Origin: Candidatus Heimdallarchaeota archaeon
Lineage (GTDB): Archaea; Asgardarchaeota; Heimdallarchaeia; Hodarchaeales; Hodarchaeaceae
DNA length: 64,000 nucleotides
Direction: 5' to 3'
NCBI GenBank assembly: GCA_011364965.1
Contig: RDOB01000003.1
Coordinates: 32,001 to 96,000 of the forward strand
Position numbers and translations under genes: made by a program. Shown piece after piece: positions 10,721-20,898 of this stretch. The first letter of the stretch is position 1. Every line of letters begins with the position of its first letter. The notes beneath the pieces are model-generated. The model was not told the DNA's origin. It made no database searches and saw nothing but the letters and a program-made list of their open reading frames with translations.

Positions 10721-11947
10721 ATTATTAATAAAATCTTCAAGATATTGCATTCTTTCTTCAATCGGAGGATGGGATAAGAAAAAATATTTTTCCCACCAGG
10801 GGGGACAAAGATCAGCAAGATTTTGATCGGCCATTTTTATAAAAAGACTTTTAATGACATTAAAATCTGAAACAATGGTAGAGGCAAATTTATCTGTCGC
10901 TTTTTCCAGTTTACGTGAGTACCATAAACTAGGTACATTAAAAATAAACGAATTCAACAACCAGAAACTTAAACCAAGAATAGGTATGTTACTAACATCA
11001 CTAATATCGGAGGAATATCCAAAAAAGCTCACGAGATATGGAAACATTAAATGAGAGAGAAAAAACAAAAGAAATGTAGTTAACAATGCGAGTAGAATAT
11101 TTTTTCTTAAATCATGGTGCCTGTGATGCCCAAATTCATGAGCAAGGATCCATTTGATTTCATCTTTCGTATACTGAGAAAGCATGGTATCAGCAATTAT
11201 GATACGTCTTGTTGGGCCTATCCCCATTAACCCAGCATTTCCAGTAGTTGCTACCTCCCCTAAATGCCAATTAAAGGCATTCGTTACTTTTACACCTGTC
11301 TGGTCTGCCATCTGAAGCAGCTCAGTGACAAATTCAGGGTGAGTTTTCTCCAAAGGATCAAATTTGTAGAATAAAGGAAGAATGAAAATTGGTACTAATA
11401 CTGAAAAAAGGAGCGATAAAAGAAACAAGGCCATTGTAGCCCAGATCCACCAACTATCGGGATAGTATCTAAGTAAGAAATAGAAGCCTTGAAAAATGGG
11501 AAGGCCAATGAGAAAGGTTAAAAATTCACCTTTGAAATATCTTCTAATCCATTGAATGTTGGTTAATTTTGATAAACCATATTTTCTTGAGAGATTCGCA
11601 TGAATATAGAAGGATAAGGGTAATTCCCAAAAACTAATAAGAATAAAACCTGTTATAAAAAACACACCAATTATTAGTATAGGTTCATTGGTAATATATT
11701 CAACGATTAGATCTCGATACCAGATTGTTAATCGGGAGAGTAAAAACACTAATGATAGAAGTAATGAAACGATCATTAGGATAAAATTATATTTTTTAGA
11801 AGTTCGAGTATACTCGATAGCTAATTTTCTTCGTTCAACGTTGAAATCAAAAACAAGATGAGGAATATCGTTAGCATCCTTAGAATTGGGGGCTAATGGC
11901 TGAGATAAGACTGTTTCACTATTATCTTCGATCACTAAAAACACCAA
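10709..11947 (-). CDS. M48 family zinc metalloprotease, Ste24/CAAX prenyl protease 1-like
   Basis: LAHEFGH zinc motif, NAGLMG..RRIIIADT, SRKLEKATD, SHPP; N-terminal TM domain. Confidence 0.92.
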   Translation of the reverse strand: MVFLVIEDNSETVLSQPLAPNSKDANDIPHLVFDFNVERRKLAIEYTRTSKKYNFILMIVSLLLSLVFLLSRLTIWYRDLIVEYITNEPILIIGVFFITGFILISFWELPLSFYIHANLSRKYGLSKLTNIQWIRRYFKGEFLTFLIGLPIFQGFYFLLRYYPDSWWIWATMALFLLSLLFSVLVPIFILPLFYKFDPLEKTHPEFVTELLQMADQTGVKVTNAFNWHLGEVATTGNAGLMGIGPTRRIIIADTMLSQYTKDEIKWILAHEFGHHRHHDLRKNILLALLTTFLLFFLSHLMFPYLVSFFGYSSDISDVSNIPILGLSFWLLNSFIFNVPSLWYSRKLEKATDKFASTIVSDFNVIKSLFIKMADQNLADLCPPWWEKYFFLSHPPIEERMQYLEDFINNLTY

Positions 11948-12083
11948 AACTTAATTTTTTAACAAAAATATCAACCCTTATTTCTTGATTGTGATACTAT
12001 TACTGTGAATAATACTAAAATCTTAGCTCGGGATTGATCCATGTGTTCTAGAACTCTTCCATTTAATTCGAGGTTACCATAAG

Positions 12084-12794
12084 ATGTCACTTCAACGTTT
12101 ATTTACCAAATTCAGTAAATCACTTGAGGATAAAGACTCAAATGAGGATTATAAAAAAGAAGATATTACTTTACATGTTATGAGGGTATTAGCGAATCCT
12201 ATAGTACAACTCTTAAATCCGTACGGATTTATTACTCCTAATCGTATAACATGGTTTGGATTTTTTTGTGTAATCTTTGGAGCTTTAGTCTTAATTATTT
12301 CAGGAGACAATTTAATACTCTTAGGGATTGTTGCGGTTTCTTACTGGCTTTCATCATATTTTGACACCGTGGATGGAATGTTAGCACGTAAACGAGGAAT
12401 TGCTAGCAAAAATGGCGCCTGGTTGGATAGCATATTAGAAGAAGGAAAAGGATATTTCTTTTTCTTTGCCCTAGCTCTTCATATTCAAGACTCAAATGGA
12501 TTATTCACATTAAATTTCGGAGCAACTCCTATTATAACTCTTAATGTATGGATGGTTTTATTTATTATGTATGGAGCAGAGAGATGGCTTGCTTTAATGG
12601 CACTATGGGGAAATATGATATTAGAAGAGCCACGTGTGGTCTCTATGGGACATATATATATTGTTGGTATCTTTTTACTCCTAAATATCTTAGATTGGTT
12701 CCTTGTTATCTATACTATTTTAGTGATAATCGGTGTGGTTTACACACTTGTCGAAAAAACTTTCTTTTTTACCCCATTCAAGAAAAGTGAGTAG
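12084..12794 (+). CDS. CDP-alcohol phosphatidyltransferase family protein
   Basis: ITPNRIT and DTVDGMLARKRGIASKNGAWLD (DxxDGxxAR...GxxxD). Confidence 0.9.
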   Translation: MSLQRLFTKFSKSLEDKDSNEDYKKEDITLHVMRVLANPIVQLLNPYGFITPNRITWFGFFCVIFGALVLIISGDNLILLGIVAVSYWLSSYFDTVDGMLARKRGIASKNGAWLDSILEEGKGYFFFFALALHIQDSNGLFTLNFGATPIITLNVWMVLFIMYGAERWLALMALWGNMILEEPRVVSMGHIYIVGIFLLLNILDWFLVIYTILVIIGVVYTLVEKTFFFTPFKKSE

Positions 12795-12813
12795 AGATCG
12801 CCCAATTGAGGAA

Positions 12814-13599
12814 TCACATTGTAAAAATGGACACCTTGGAGTATGCCGGGGCTTCAACTTCCTCACTTGGATCTAAACATAATTCCTGCAACTCAATGAA
12901 CGTCTCAGATATAGCTTTTTTATAGAGTGATTCAGGAATCCCTCGCTGGTGCGAAAATACTCGTTCCCGTAAAAACCACACAAGATCAGTGATAGACAGT
13001 CTCCTTATACTTAAATGCTCAAATTCAGCATTCTTCCATCCCTGATTCTTTAAAAAGATCTTTACACCTTTTCTTATCAAATCCCATTTAAAATAGTATT
13101 TATAACCCATGTCTTCCAATTTCTGGTAAAAAATTCGAAATGGTAAAGTTTCTTGATAATCTACGAAAATCTCGCAATTAATATAACTTCCTTCAGCTTG
13201 TAAATATTCTAAAATCTTATTTAATAGGGTGTAAGGATTAGAAACCAGATGTAAGAGATGAGAGGTTATTATGGTATTAAATTTTATGGAAAAAGGAAGA
13301 AAAGAACCATCAGCGACTATTAGACTCAACGATTTATCGTTTAAAGCCTTTTTACAACAGTATTGAATCATTTTCTCTGAAATATCGATACCTATAAACG
13401 AAGAAGAGGTTATTTTTTGAAGAGGAATTGCTAAACGTCCCGTACCAACCCCTATCTCTAGGATTCGAGCCCTAGAATCCAGAGAGAGCTGACTTTCTAT
13501 TGTTTCTATAGTGCTATACAATAAATCGACAGGAATAGCACGAGTGTAGTCATAGAAGGACACAGCCCAGTCAAATGAATTTATATTTTCGTTCTTCAT
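12814..13599 (-). CDS. Class I SAM-dependent methyltransferase
   Basis: ILEIGVGTGR, GIDISEKM, ADGSFLPF. Confidence 0.9.
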   Translation of the reverse strand: MKNENINSFDWAVSFYDYTRAIPVDLLYSTIETIESQLSLDSRARILEIGVGTGRLAIPLQKITSSSFIGIDISEKMIQYCCKKALNDKSLSLIVADGSFLPFSIKFNTIITSHLLHLVSNPYTLLNKILEYLQAEGSYINCEIFVDYQETLPFRIFYQKLEDMGYKYYFKWDLIRKGVKIFLKNQGWKNAEFEHLSIRRLSITDLVWFLRERVFSHQRGIPESLYKKAISETFIELQELCLDPSEEVEAPAYSKVSIFTM

Positions 13600-13757
13600 A
13601 ATTTTATTTCATATAGCTCATTTTATATCCCCTTAAGATGTTTTGTGCATACTTAGCTTTGTGTGCCTCAATTGAAAACATTATTAGAAGCATTTTAGAT
13701 TTTCAAGAATTGCTAGTAGAAGCAAATTATTGAGTCTACACGGAAGTTTCGATATCG

Positions 13758-15173
13758 ATGCAACTTTATAATTCACTCACACGAGTAAAAGAAGAACTCA
13801 TCCCAATTGAGGATAAGAAAATCAGGTTTTATTCTTGCGGGCAAACAGTTTATGAAGATGCTCATATAGGAAATGCAAGAACATATTCTTACTGGGATGT
13901 TTTAGTTAGGTATCTTCGTTGGAGAGGTTACGATGTTTTTTGGGTTCAAAACTTTACAGATGTGGGTCATTTGACTGATGATGCCGATGCAGGTGAAGAT
14001 AAAATAATCAAAACTGCGTTAGCGAAAGATATTCAACCAATGGTTCTTGTGGAGAAACAGATTCGCAAATTCTATGAAGATATGGACAAATTGAATATAC
14101 AAAGAGCTGATCTCTACCCTCGAGCTACAGGAGAAATCCCAGAAATGATTGAATTTGTAAGGGATCTCTTAACAAAAGGATATGCTTATGAGGTTAATGG
14201 GTCAATTTACTTCGATATAACTAAATTTGAAAAATATGGTGAACTTAGTCCATCCGATTATTCTGAAGAAACAGCTGGAGTCCGTATAGCGGTTAATCCT
14301 GAGAAAAGAAACCCACGAGACTTCGCTCTATGGATAAAAGCGCCTGAGACTCATTTAATGAAATGGCCCTCCCCCTGGGGAATGGGTTATCCGGGTTGGC
14401 ATCTCGAATGCTCAGTAATGAGTCAGAAATATCTAGGAACGACACTAGATATTCACGCAGGCGGGATTGATCATTTACATCTTCACCACCCAAACGAAAT
14501 TGCGCAAAGTGAATCCCGAACAGGGGAAAAATTCGTTAATTATTGGATTCACGCGGCTTTTCTAACCGTGGATGGAGAAAGAATGGGAAAATCTAAAGGA
14601 AATTATATTTTAATTCGGGATCTCTATAAGGAATTTGATCCCACGCTTATTCGGTTATTCTTAGTGAATTCACACTACCGTAAAAGCGTAGATTTCAATA
14701 AAGATGCTATAAATCAGACTCAAATACTCTTAGATCGCTTTCGAACGACAGTTGCAGCATTAAATCAAGCTCCTGGAGGGAAAAAAAAGGATCTTCTTAA
14801 AAGTATAAATCAAGTGACATCTGATTTTATCACTGCGATGGATGATGACCTCAATACAGTAGGAGCGATACAAGCCATTATGCAATTTATCAAAACGGTT
14901 AATAATTCATTAGATAATACAAAAGAACTTCTTTTAGAAGCAAAAAATACTATAATCACACTTTTAGGGATATTAGGAGTAAATTTGGATATGAGTGAAA
15001 CCCAAGGCCCTGTAGCTCTCCCAGCTCTTGTTAACCTGATAGTAAAATTACGCACTGATCTTCGAAACGTAAAACAATTTCAATTAGCAGATGAAATTCG
15101 CGCAAAACTTCTAAACTTGGGTATCCAACTAGAAGATAAACCCGAAGGTACAATCTGGAAATTTAAAAGCTAA
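13758..15173 (+). CDS. cysS: Cysteine--tRNA ligase
   Basis: CGQTVY..HIGNAR, PGWHLECS, DIHAGGIDH..HHPNE, RMGKSKGN (KMSKS variant). Confidence 0.97.
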   Translation: MQLYNSLTRVKEELIPIEDKKIRFYSCGQTVYEDAHIGNARTYSYWDVLVRYLRWRGYDVFWVQNFTDVGHLTDDADAGEDKIIKTALAKDIQPMVLVEKQIRKFYEDMDKLNIQRADLYPRATGEIPEMIEFVRDLLTKGYAYEVNGSIYFDITKFEKYGELSPSDYSEETAGVRIAVNPEKRNPRDFALWIKAPETHLMKWPSPWGMGYPGWHLECSVMSQKYLGTTLDIHAGGIDHLHLHHPNEIAQSESRTGEKFVNYWIHAAFLTVDGERMGKSKGNYILIRDLYKEFDPTLIRLFLVNSHYRKSVDFNKDAINQTQILLDRFRTTVAALNQAPGGKKKDLLKSINQVTSDFITAMDDDLNTVGAIQAIMQFIKTVNNSLDNTKELLLEAKNTIITLLGILGVNLDMSETQGPVALPALVNLIVKLRTDLRNVKQFQLADEIRAKLLNLGIQLEDKPEGTIWKFKS

Positions 15174-15394
15174 TAATGTATATAAAATTCAAAACTAAGA
15201 AGAGAGATATTTCTTCCTTATTTTGATTATAATCCAAGGACTGCATTTTTTTTAATTTTTATCAGTTAAACTAGGAAGGAATTCACATAATTGCACTAGA
15301 ATTCTATATTTTCTCCTCATCAAACGAAAAGTTTTTCTAAATTGTTCAAATTACCATCAATTATTATAGACTAATCTAACTTGATTTCCAGATA

Positions 15395-16108
15395 ATGAGG
15401 TATCAATCTGTGACAAATCAGAAATTAACTGTATTAACTTTGATCGTAATGATCTTTATAATTGTTTGCAATATATCAACTGCCCAAGCTGATTACGTGG
15501 TTATCGATTGGGGAGATGTAGTAAATATCAAAAGCACTCTTAATTATCGAAAACCAGGTGAACAAACCCCAGCTTTTTATAGTGAAACTCACATTGAATT
15601 ATTTCTAGGTGATATTCCATCCCCATACTTAAACCTTACATATGATAGACTCTTAACCATGTTCCAAGCTTTTCGAGAACATTTAATTGGGATGAGAGAA
15701 GGACAAACGCGAAAATTTACAGTTAGTTATGTAGAAGCGGGGATTACTAACCAATCTGATGTTTTATATAATGCTGAACTTATCTATACAGTTTTATTTA
15801 TCGAAATGCTCTATGACGCTCACTATGATCCGAAAGTTGATATCACATTTACTCATCCGTTGATTCTATTCCCATTATTAGGTTTGTTGTTTGGAACTGT
15901 GTATCTAGTTGCAAATGGATACCATAAACCTCTATTCGAGAAAATCAGGCATGTTGGTGTAGCAAAATGTATAAATTGTCAAAAACCCACTAATTTAATG
16001 TGTGCTAATCCAAGATGTAGAAAACTGATATGTAGTACCTGTTTTTCAAAACATGGATGTCCCATTTGTCACGGAACCAAGCTAATAGAACGTACAAAAA
16101 GGTTCTAA
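15395..16108 (+). CDS. Signal peptide + FKBP-like domain + TM + C-terminal Cys8 RING-like zinc finger
   Basis: FREHLIGMREGQTRKFTV resembles the FKBP/SlyD core. A TM helix follows, then CINC-x7-C-x4-C-x4-CSTC-x5-CPIC. Confidence 0.65.
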   Translation: MRYQSVTNQKLTVLTLIVMIFIIVCNISTAQADYVVIDWGDVVNIKSTLNYRKPGEQTPAFYSETHIELFLGDIPSPYLNLTYDRLLTMFQAFREHLIGMREGQTRKFTVSYVEAGITNQSDVLYNAELIYTVLFIEMLYDAHYDPKVDITFTHPLILFPLLGLLFGTVYLVANGYHKPLFEKIRHVGVAKCINCQKPTNLMCANPRCRKLICSTCFSKHGCPICHGTKLIERTKRF

Positions 16109-16405
16109 ATTAGATTATAGAGTAGAACTTTTAATAAAAAAGGGTCTTATATTCCAATCTAAGGATTTTTAAAAAATTTAACATATAGAAATAAGATTTG
16201 ATGAATTCTTTATTTTACCCCAATTCAATTTGGTATTCAAGTCAGTTATTGATCTTAAATGCCATTTAACGTTAAAAAAATACAAAATCTGAATGCACTC
16301 TTGATAAAGCTTAAAAATTAGAATGATATTACAGAGAAAGTGTAGGACGGGCTAAAGATATATTTTAGCTTCCTATTATTGAAAATAATTTAGAGGTATC
16401 ATGCT

Positions 16406-18532
16406 ATGAAAAAGAAAAACTTGCTTTTTGCTCTGGTTTTCGTAGCGTTCTTCCTTCCATTATATAGCAGTGCTGTACAATCAGTACCTGCTGCTGTTGA
16501 ACCTCTTATTTCAGTGCATGCAATTGCCCCAACAAATAACCCACAACGAGCAATGTATGCCCAGTTAATGGAACAAGAGCTACCAAAAATCGGAATTGAA
16601 GTAGAATTGGATCTTATCAGCTGGCCTGCACTTCTCACCCGCGCTGCAACTAGTGAGGTTGGTGTTTATTCAGAAGGTGGATATGATATTGCACACTTTG
16701 GAATGTCATTAGGATCACCAGCAGGACATCCAGGTGATTCTATGCTTGGAGTATACCATAGTGGCGCAGTTCCGCCAAATGGATTTAACTGTATGTATTG
16801 GTCAGTAAATCCAGGACACAACAACCTTCGTGCTGCTGAATCAGATGCTTTGATTGAAGCTATCAACAGTGAGTTGAATCAGACCTTATCTCGAGAAATG
16901 CTGTTAGAATGGCAGGAGGTCTACTACGACGTTCTTCCAAACATTATGGTTTATAATCTATTAGAAGTTCATGCTGTTTCAAAAGGTATTAGTGGTTATG
17001 ATCCTGTCAATCCCGCGTTATATTCAATTGAAGACATTCGAATGGATCCTGCTACTTATACTGGTACTATGGGAACAGTAGTGTTAGCTTCCTCTGCTCC
17101 TCCAACTAATTTCCTTCAAATGATCATAAATGATGTATATTCACAATATTGCGCTAATCCAGCAATGGATGCCCTAGTAGGTTTAACTCCTTCTAGAACC
17201 GTTGTTCTACCAACAGGCACAACTTATGAAGATTGGATGATGGCTAATTATGGCGTAGATCTTCCACTCCAAAACTATCCTCGTATTGCCCAAGACCTTG
17301 GATTTTACAGTGAGGATGGTCTTAACTTCACTGTTTCCCTAAGAGATGACGCTTATTGGCACGATGGTGAACAAGTAGACGCTTGGGATGTAGCGTTTAC
17401 CTATCAAGCAGTTCTTACACCTGATGTAGGTTCAGATGAATATAGCAACTTAAGACTTGCCCTTGGAGATGATGATAAAGAAAATCTTCACGGTAATTAT
17501 TCTTTCCAGGTTAAAGATCTTGATGATAATGGCCACTTTGAAACCATTAGCATCATCTTTGATATTACATATGCACCATTCCTTACTGACTACTTCGGTT
17601 ATGCACTTCATCCAGAACATATTCTTGGAGATCCTGTAGATCATGGATTCCTAGTTGATGGCACTTTTGATCCTAATACAAAATGGCAAGTTGCCCCAGC
17701 TGAATGGAGTTCCCACTCATATAATACAGCTGATCCAAGTGATCCTGGTGGTCTAGAAGGACCTATTGGTTGCGGTTCATTAGTTTTCTACGACTTTGAT
17801 CAAACCAGCAGAGTCTTAGAACTTCGCAAATTCGAGAACATTAAATGGGATCACGGTACTGGCACTTGGTTAGAAGGAGAGACAGCTTCTGGAGGTTTGT
17901 CTCACTACCTAGTTGCGGATGGTGAATTAGATGACATGGCAGATGTTGCTAAAGTTATCCCAGCTAGCTTAGATGCAGCCCTAGCTGAAATGAAGGCCGG
18001 AGATGTAAATATACTTGACCATCAATTCAGTATGGGAAATATCTTTGACGAGCTCCAAGCAGAACCAACTATTGTCACTGCTCAAACCCCAGCAACTGGT
18101 TGGCAATGCATTTATCCAAACCCAAAGCAACCTGATCTTGCTAAGAAAGGTGTCCGTCACGCAATTTCTCATGTAGTACCACGTGATGATATTGTAAACT
18201 ATCTTTTTGATGGACTCGCATTCCATGGCTACACACCGGTACCTATCACTGGCTGGGGAGCTATGTCCACAACCGATTGGTTAGCAATGAAGAAAAACAT
18301 TGAAGCATCAAACGGAACAAAACTCCTTACGGGTGAAACTACATTCTATGACTCCTACGATGTTGAACTGGCATTAGACTGGCTCGAGACCGAAGATTAT
18401 GATGTTGGCCCATGGAGAGACGGTGGCGCTGGATTAACAGAACCAGGTGGTGCTATCCCCGGTTATGAATTCAGTGTTGCGCTTCTCGCAATATTGGGAT
18501 CAATTTTCATTATTAAGAAACGAAGAAGATAA
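16406..18532 (+). CDS. Peptide ABC transporter substrate-binding protein (SBP family 5, DppA/OppA-like), circularly permuted, PGF-CTERM-like anchor
   Basis: SEDGLNFTVSLRDDAYWHDGEQVDAWDVAFTY, VRHAISHVVPRDDIV, ELPKIGIEVEL; signal peptide; C-terminal IPGYEF-TM-KKRRR. Confidence 0.88.
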   Translation: MKKKNLLFALVFVAFFLPLYSSAVQSVPAAVEPLISVHAIAPTNNPQRAMYAQLMEQELPKIGIEVELDLISWPALLTRAATSEVGVYSEGGYDIAHFGMSLGSPAGHPGDSMLGVYHSGAVPPNGFNCMYWSVNPGHNNLRAAESDALIEAINSELNQTLSREMLLEWQEVYYDVLPNIMVYNLLEVHAVSKGISGYDPVNPALYSIEDIRMDPATYTGTMGTVVLASSAPPTNFLQMIINDVYSQYCANPAMDALVGLTPSRTVVLPTGTTYEDWMMANYGVDLPLQNYPRIAQDLGFYSEDGLNFTVSLRDDAYWHDGEQVDAWDVAFTYQAVLTPDVGSDEYSNLRLALGDDDKENLHGNYSFQVKDLDDNGHFETISIIFDITYAPFLTDYFGYALHPEHILGDPVDHGFLVDGTFDPNTKWQVAPAEWSSHSYNTADPSDPGGLEGPIGCGSLVFYDFDQTSRVLELRKFENIKWDHGTGTWLEGETASGGLSHYLVADGELDDMADVAKVIPASLDAALAEMKAGDVNILDHQFSMGNIFDELQAEPTIVTAQTPATGWQCIYPNPKQPDLAKKGVRHAISHVVPRDDIVNYLFDGLAFHGYTPVPITGWGAMSTTDWLAMKKNIEASNGTKLLTGETTFYDSYDVELALDWLETEDYDVGPWRDGGAGLTEPGGAIPGYEFSVALLAILGSIFIIKKRRR

Positions 18533-18580
18533 AACGGATTAACCCCGTTTCTTTCTTCCTCCCTTTTTTTTATTTTGTTT
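18532..18580 (+). terminator. Hairpin plus T-tract terminator after the binding-protein gene
   Basis: AAACGG-attaacc-CCGTTT stem followed by pyrimidine and T runs. Confidence 0.55.
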
Positions 18581-18916
18581 TGATTCTAGAGAAGTATTTT
18601 ATCTCTTCTTTTGAAATATCTTCTTTTTTCATATTGAAGTATTGAAATATCCCTATTGAGGAACTCTAGAATTAGAATATGGTCGAAGATTTTAATGGAT
18701 ATTCATATGAATTCGAAAATCAATATGTTGAGATCAGGACAAATTTAAAGAATGAAAAAGCAGATCAATTTTTCTATATTATTGTACTAAAAGAAAGGTT
18801 CAAAAGGGGTAAGAAATCTATGAACAAAACGTGAAAAGGATATTATGGAAAACCATCTCTTCTATAATTGCCTTTTTCATTAAGATTCTATATATAGAAT
18901 TGGAGGATAATTAAAA

Positions 18917-19795
18917 ATGAATAAAAAGATTCTATTTGGAGTCGGCATTCTGACTCTTATCATTCTTTTACAAAGTATGCCTGCCTCCAGTGCTGTCACA
19001 GTCGAGTCTGTTAAATGGCACCCAGCAGTCAAAGAAGATGCCGTTTATTCTTGGTCGATTGACACAATCAACGCTTCTGGTGAAACCTCATGGGATTGGG
19101 GTTGGGCCAATAATGTCACTCTGAAACAGGGTGAAAAAATTACTCTAGAGTGGACCGCGGACCCCGATGAGGAAACTGCAATAGCAACCCTTGGACCAAT
19201 TATCTACACAGGCATTGTAACAAAAGTTGGATCTCATACTATGAACTTCACCGCTGGTGAGACTACTTTCAATTTCCTTCAGGTACCTGTTTATATTCGA
19301 AATGATCCGACTGGTTTAAATGCTCTTGAAGCAGGTTTAAACTCTCTTGAACGATTATGGATTAATAGCTTTGGTTTACCAACTGGAGCATCATCCGCTG
19401 ATCGTCGCTGGAGCATTGGGATGCATGGCGCAACTCTTCTAAACACAGGGGAAAATGGAACTAAAGGGGAAACCATTATAGGCGAAATTAGCGGTGGTAC
19501 ACCCGCACAACATTATGTGTTCGACATCGAATATGATTCAGTCACTGGATTTGTAACATCATTAAAATACCCCTCAGCAGGTAATCCTGATGATCCAACA
19601 ATTCCAATTGCTAATAGCACATTTGGTATTGTCTCGGGTCTTGATGAACTTGTCATCACATTTGATGGTGAAATGAAAGATGTTTATGCGGAAGCAGAGT
19701 GGGGTAAGGCCAAAGCTGCTCCAGGTTTTGAAGCTCCTATAGCAATTATTACACTAGTTATGTTTGGAGCACTTATTCGAAAACGCAAGAAATAA
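18917..19795 (+). CDS. Secreted surface protein with PGF-CTERM-like anchor
   Basis: Signal peptide; C-terminal APGFE-hydrophobic-RKRKK; GGAGG upstream. Confidence 0.8.
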   Translation: MNKKILFGVGILTLIILLQSMPASSAVTVESVKWHPAVKEDAVYSWSIDTINASGETSWDWGWANNVTLKQGEKITLEWTADPDEETAIATLGPIIYTGIVTKVGSHTMNFTAGETTFNFLQVPVYIRNDPTGLNALEAGLNSLERLWINSFGLPTGASSADRRWSIGMHGATLLNTGENGTKGETIIGEISGGTPAQHYVFDIEYDSVTGFVTSLKYPSAGNPDDPTIPIANSTFGIVSGLDELVITFDGEMKDVYAEAEWGKAKAAPGFEAPIAIITLVMFGALIRKRKK

Positions 19796-19816
19796 GCATC
19801 TATCTGATTGAATGAA

Positions 19817-19862
19817 AATAAAATCCTTAGAAATTAAGGATTTTATTCCTCTATTTTTTTTT
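19817..19862 (+). terminator. 13-bp stem terminator
   Basis: AATAAAATCCTTA-gaaat-TAAGGATTTTATT perfect inverted repeat followed by a T-run. Confidence 0.65.
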
Positions 19863-19882
19863 GGTTTAAGGTATAATATAAA

Positions 19883-20497
19883 ATGTGTTCATTTATGGCT
19901 TCTAATGATAAATCATCATTATTGAAAGTAATTCTTTCTGATCTAGAATGTTTTAGGACACAGGAAAACAATTATGTATGGCACGGTTCAGAGGAACCTT
20001 TTTTTTTGGAGGATGAAAATGTAATTTTCTATACTACTGAAATTTTTGCAATGTATGAAGATAAAAAAATCATTAGCGCTAAATTGATTTGGACCACTGC
20101 TCGTGCGCTATTGTATGGAACTGAAGTGCGGGGGACTATTGTAGCTGATATGGTCTCAAGAGAGTATGAAACAATACGAGGATTGACGAAATCGGATAAA
20201 CTGGAAGCCCCTAGTATTCTAGGATGGTCAATCCCTCATACCATTATTACTAAATTAGAGATTATTAAATTAGGGGAGCGATATTCAATTTACTTCTTTG
20301 AAAATGAAAATAGAAAGTTTGTCGTTAATGATTTACTTTCATCGGAAATGGAAGAAATAAGTAACTTTATGAAAAATAAACCTGTAGAAATAGTTTATGG
20401 TCAATTTAATTTGCCTTGGAGAGATATTTTCCTTTTCTTTTGCGGAGGGATTTTTATTTTTATTATTGGATTAATTCTGATAGCTCTTATATTTTAA
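19883..20497 (+). CDS. Tail-anchored protein with possible PH-like (GRAM/GLUE) domain
   Basis: No signal peptide and a single C-terminal TM. The LEDENVIF...AKLIWTTARALLY...WSIPHTIITKLEI pattern is GRAM/GLUE-like. Confidence 0.55.
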   Translation: MCSFMASNDKSSLLKVILSDLECFRTQENNYVWHGSEEPFFLEDENVIFYTTEIFAMYEDKKIISAKLIWTTARALLYGTEVRGTIVADMVSREYETIRGLTKSDKLEAPSILGWSIPHTIITKLEIIKLGERYSIYFFENENRKFVVNDLLSSEMEEISNFMKNKPVEIVYGQFNLPWRDIFLFFCGGIFIFIIGLILIALIF

Positions 20498-20500
20498 GAT

Positions 20501-20851
20501 TTAAAACAATACTGTTAGGAATGAGAACAGAATTAGAAAAGCTCCAGCTACAATATCTTCTCCTGCCTTTCCAAAACCATAAAAATAATCTCTTTGAGGA
20601 GAACTCAAGTATTCGTTTATATCCTGTCCCCGAACCTTTCGAATAACAATCGATTCTAGAAAATCTCTGAGCCCTCCCACCACGAGAAACAACCCCCCAA
20701 TTAAGAATAATACTAATCCTAGTTCGCTAAACGAGAATTCTTTTTGATTCAACAGGATATTAATTACCAAAATAAAAAAAGACGCGAGTATCCCAAATCC
20801 TACTTTTTTAGCAATCTCAAATCGAGGATCACGTTTGAAAATAACTTCCAA
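20501..20851 (-). CDS. Small hypothetical membrane protein (3 TM)
   Basis: Hydrophobic helices; fills the gap between neighbouring genes. Confidence 0.65.
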   Translation of the reverse strand: MEVIFKRDPRFEIAKKVGFGILASFFILVINILLNQKEFSFSELGLVLFLIGGLFLVVGGLRDFLESIVIRKVRGQDINEYLSSPQRDYFYGFGKAGEDIVAGAFLILFSFLTVLF

Positions 20852-20898
20852 AATAGAACACCAAGTGACCTTTGTAATTGTAAAAAAATACGTCGGGA

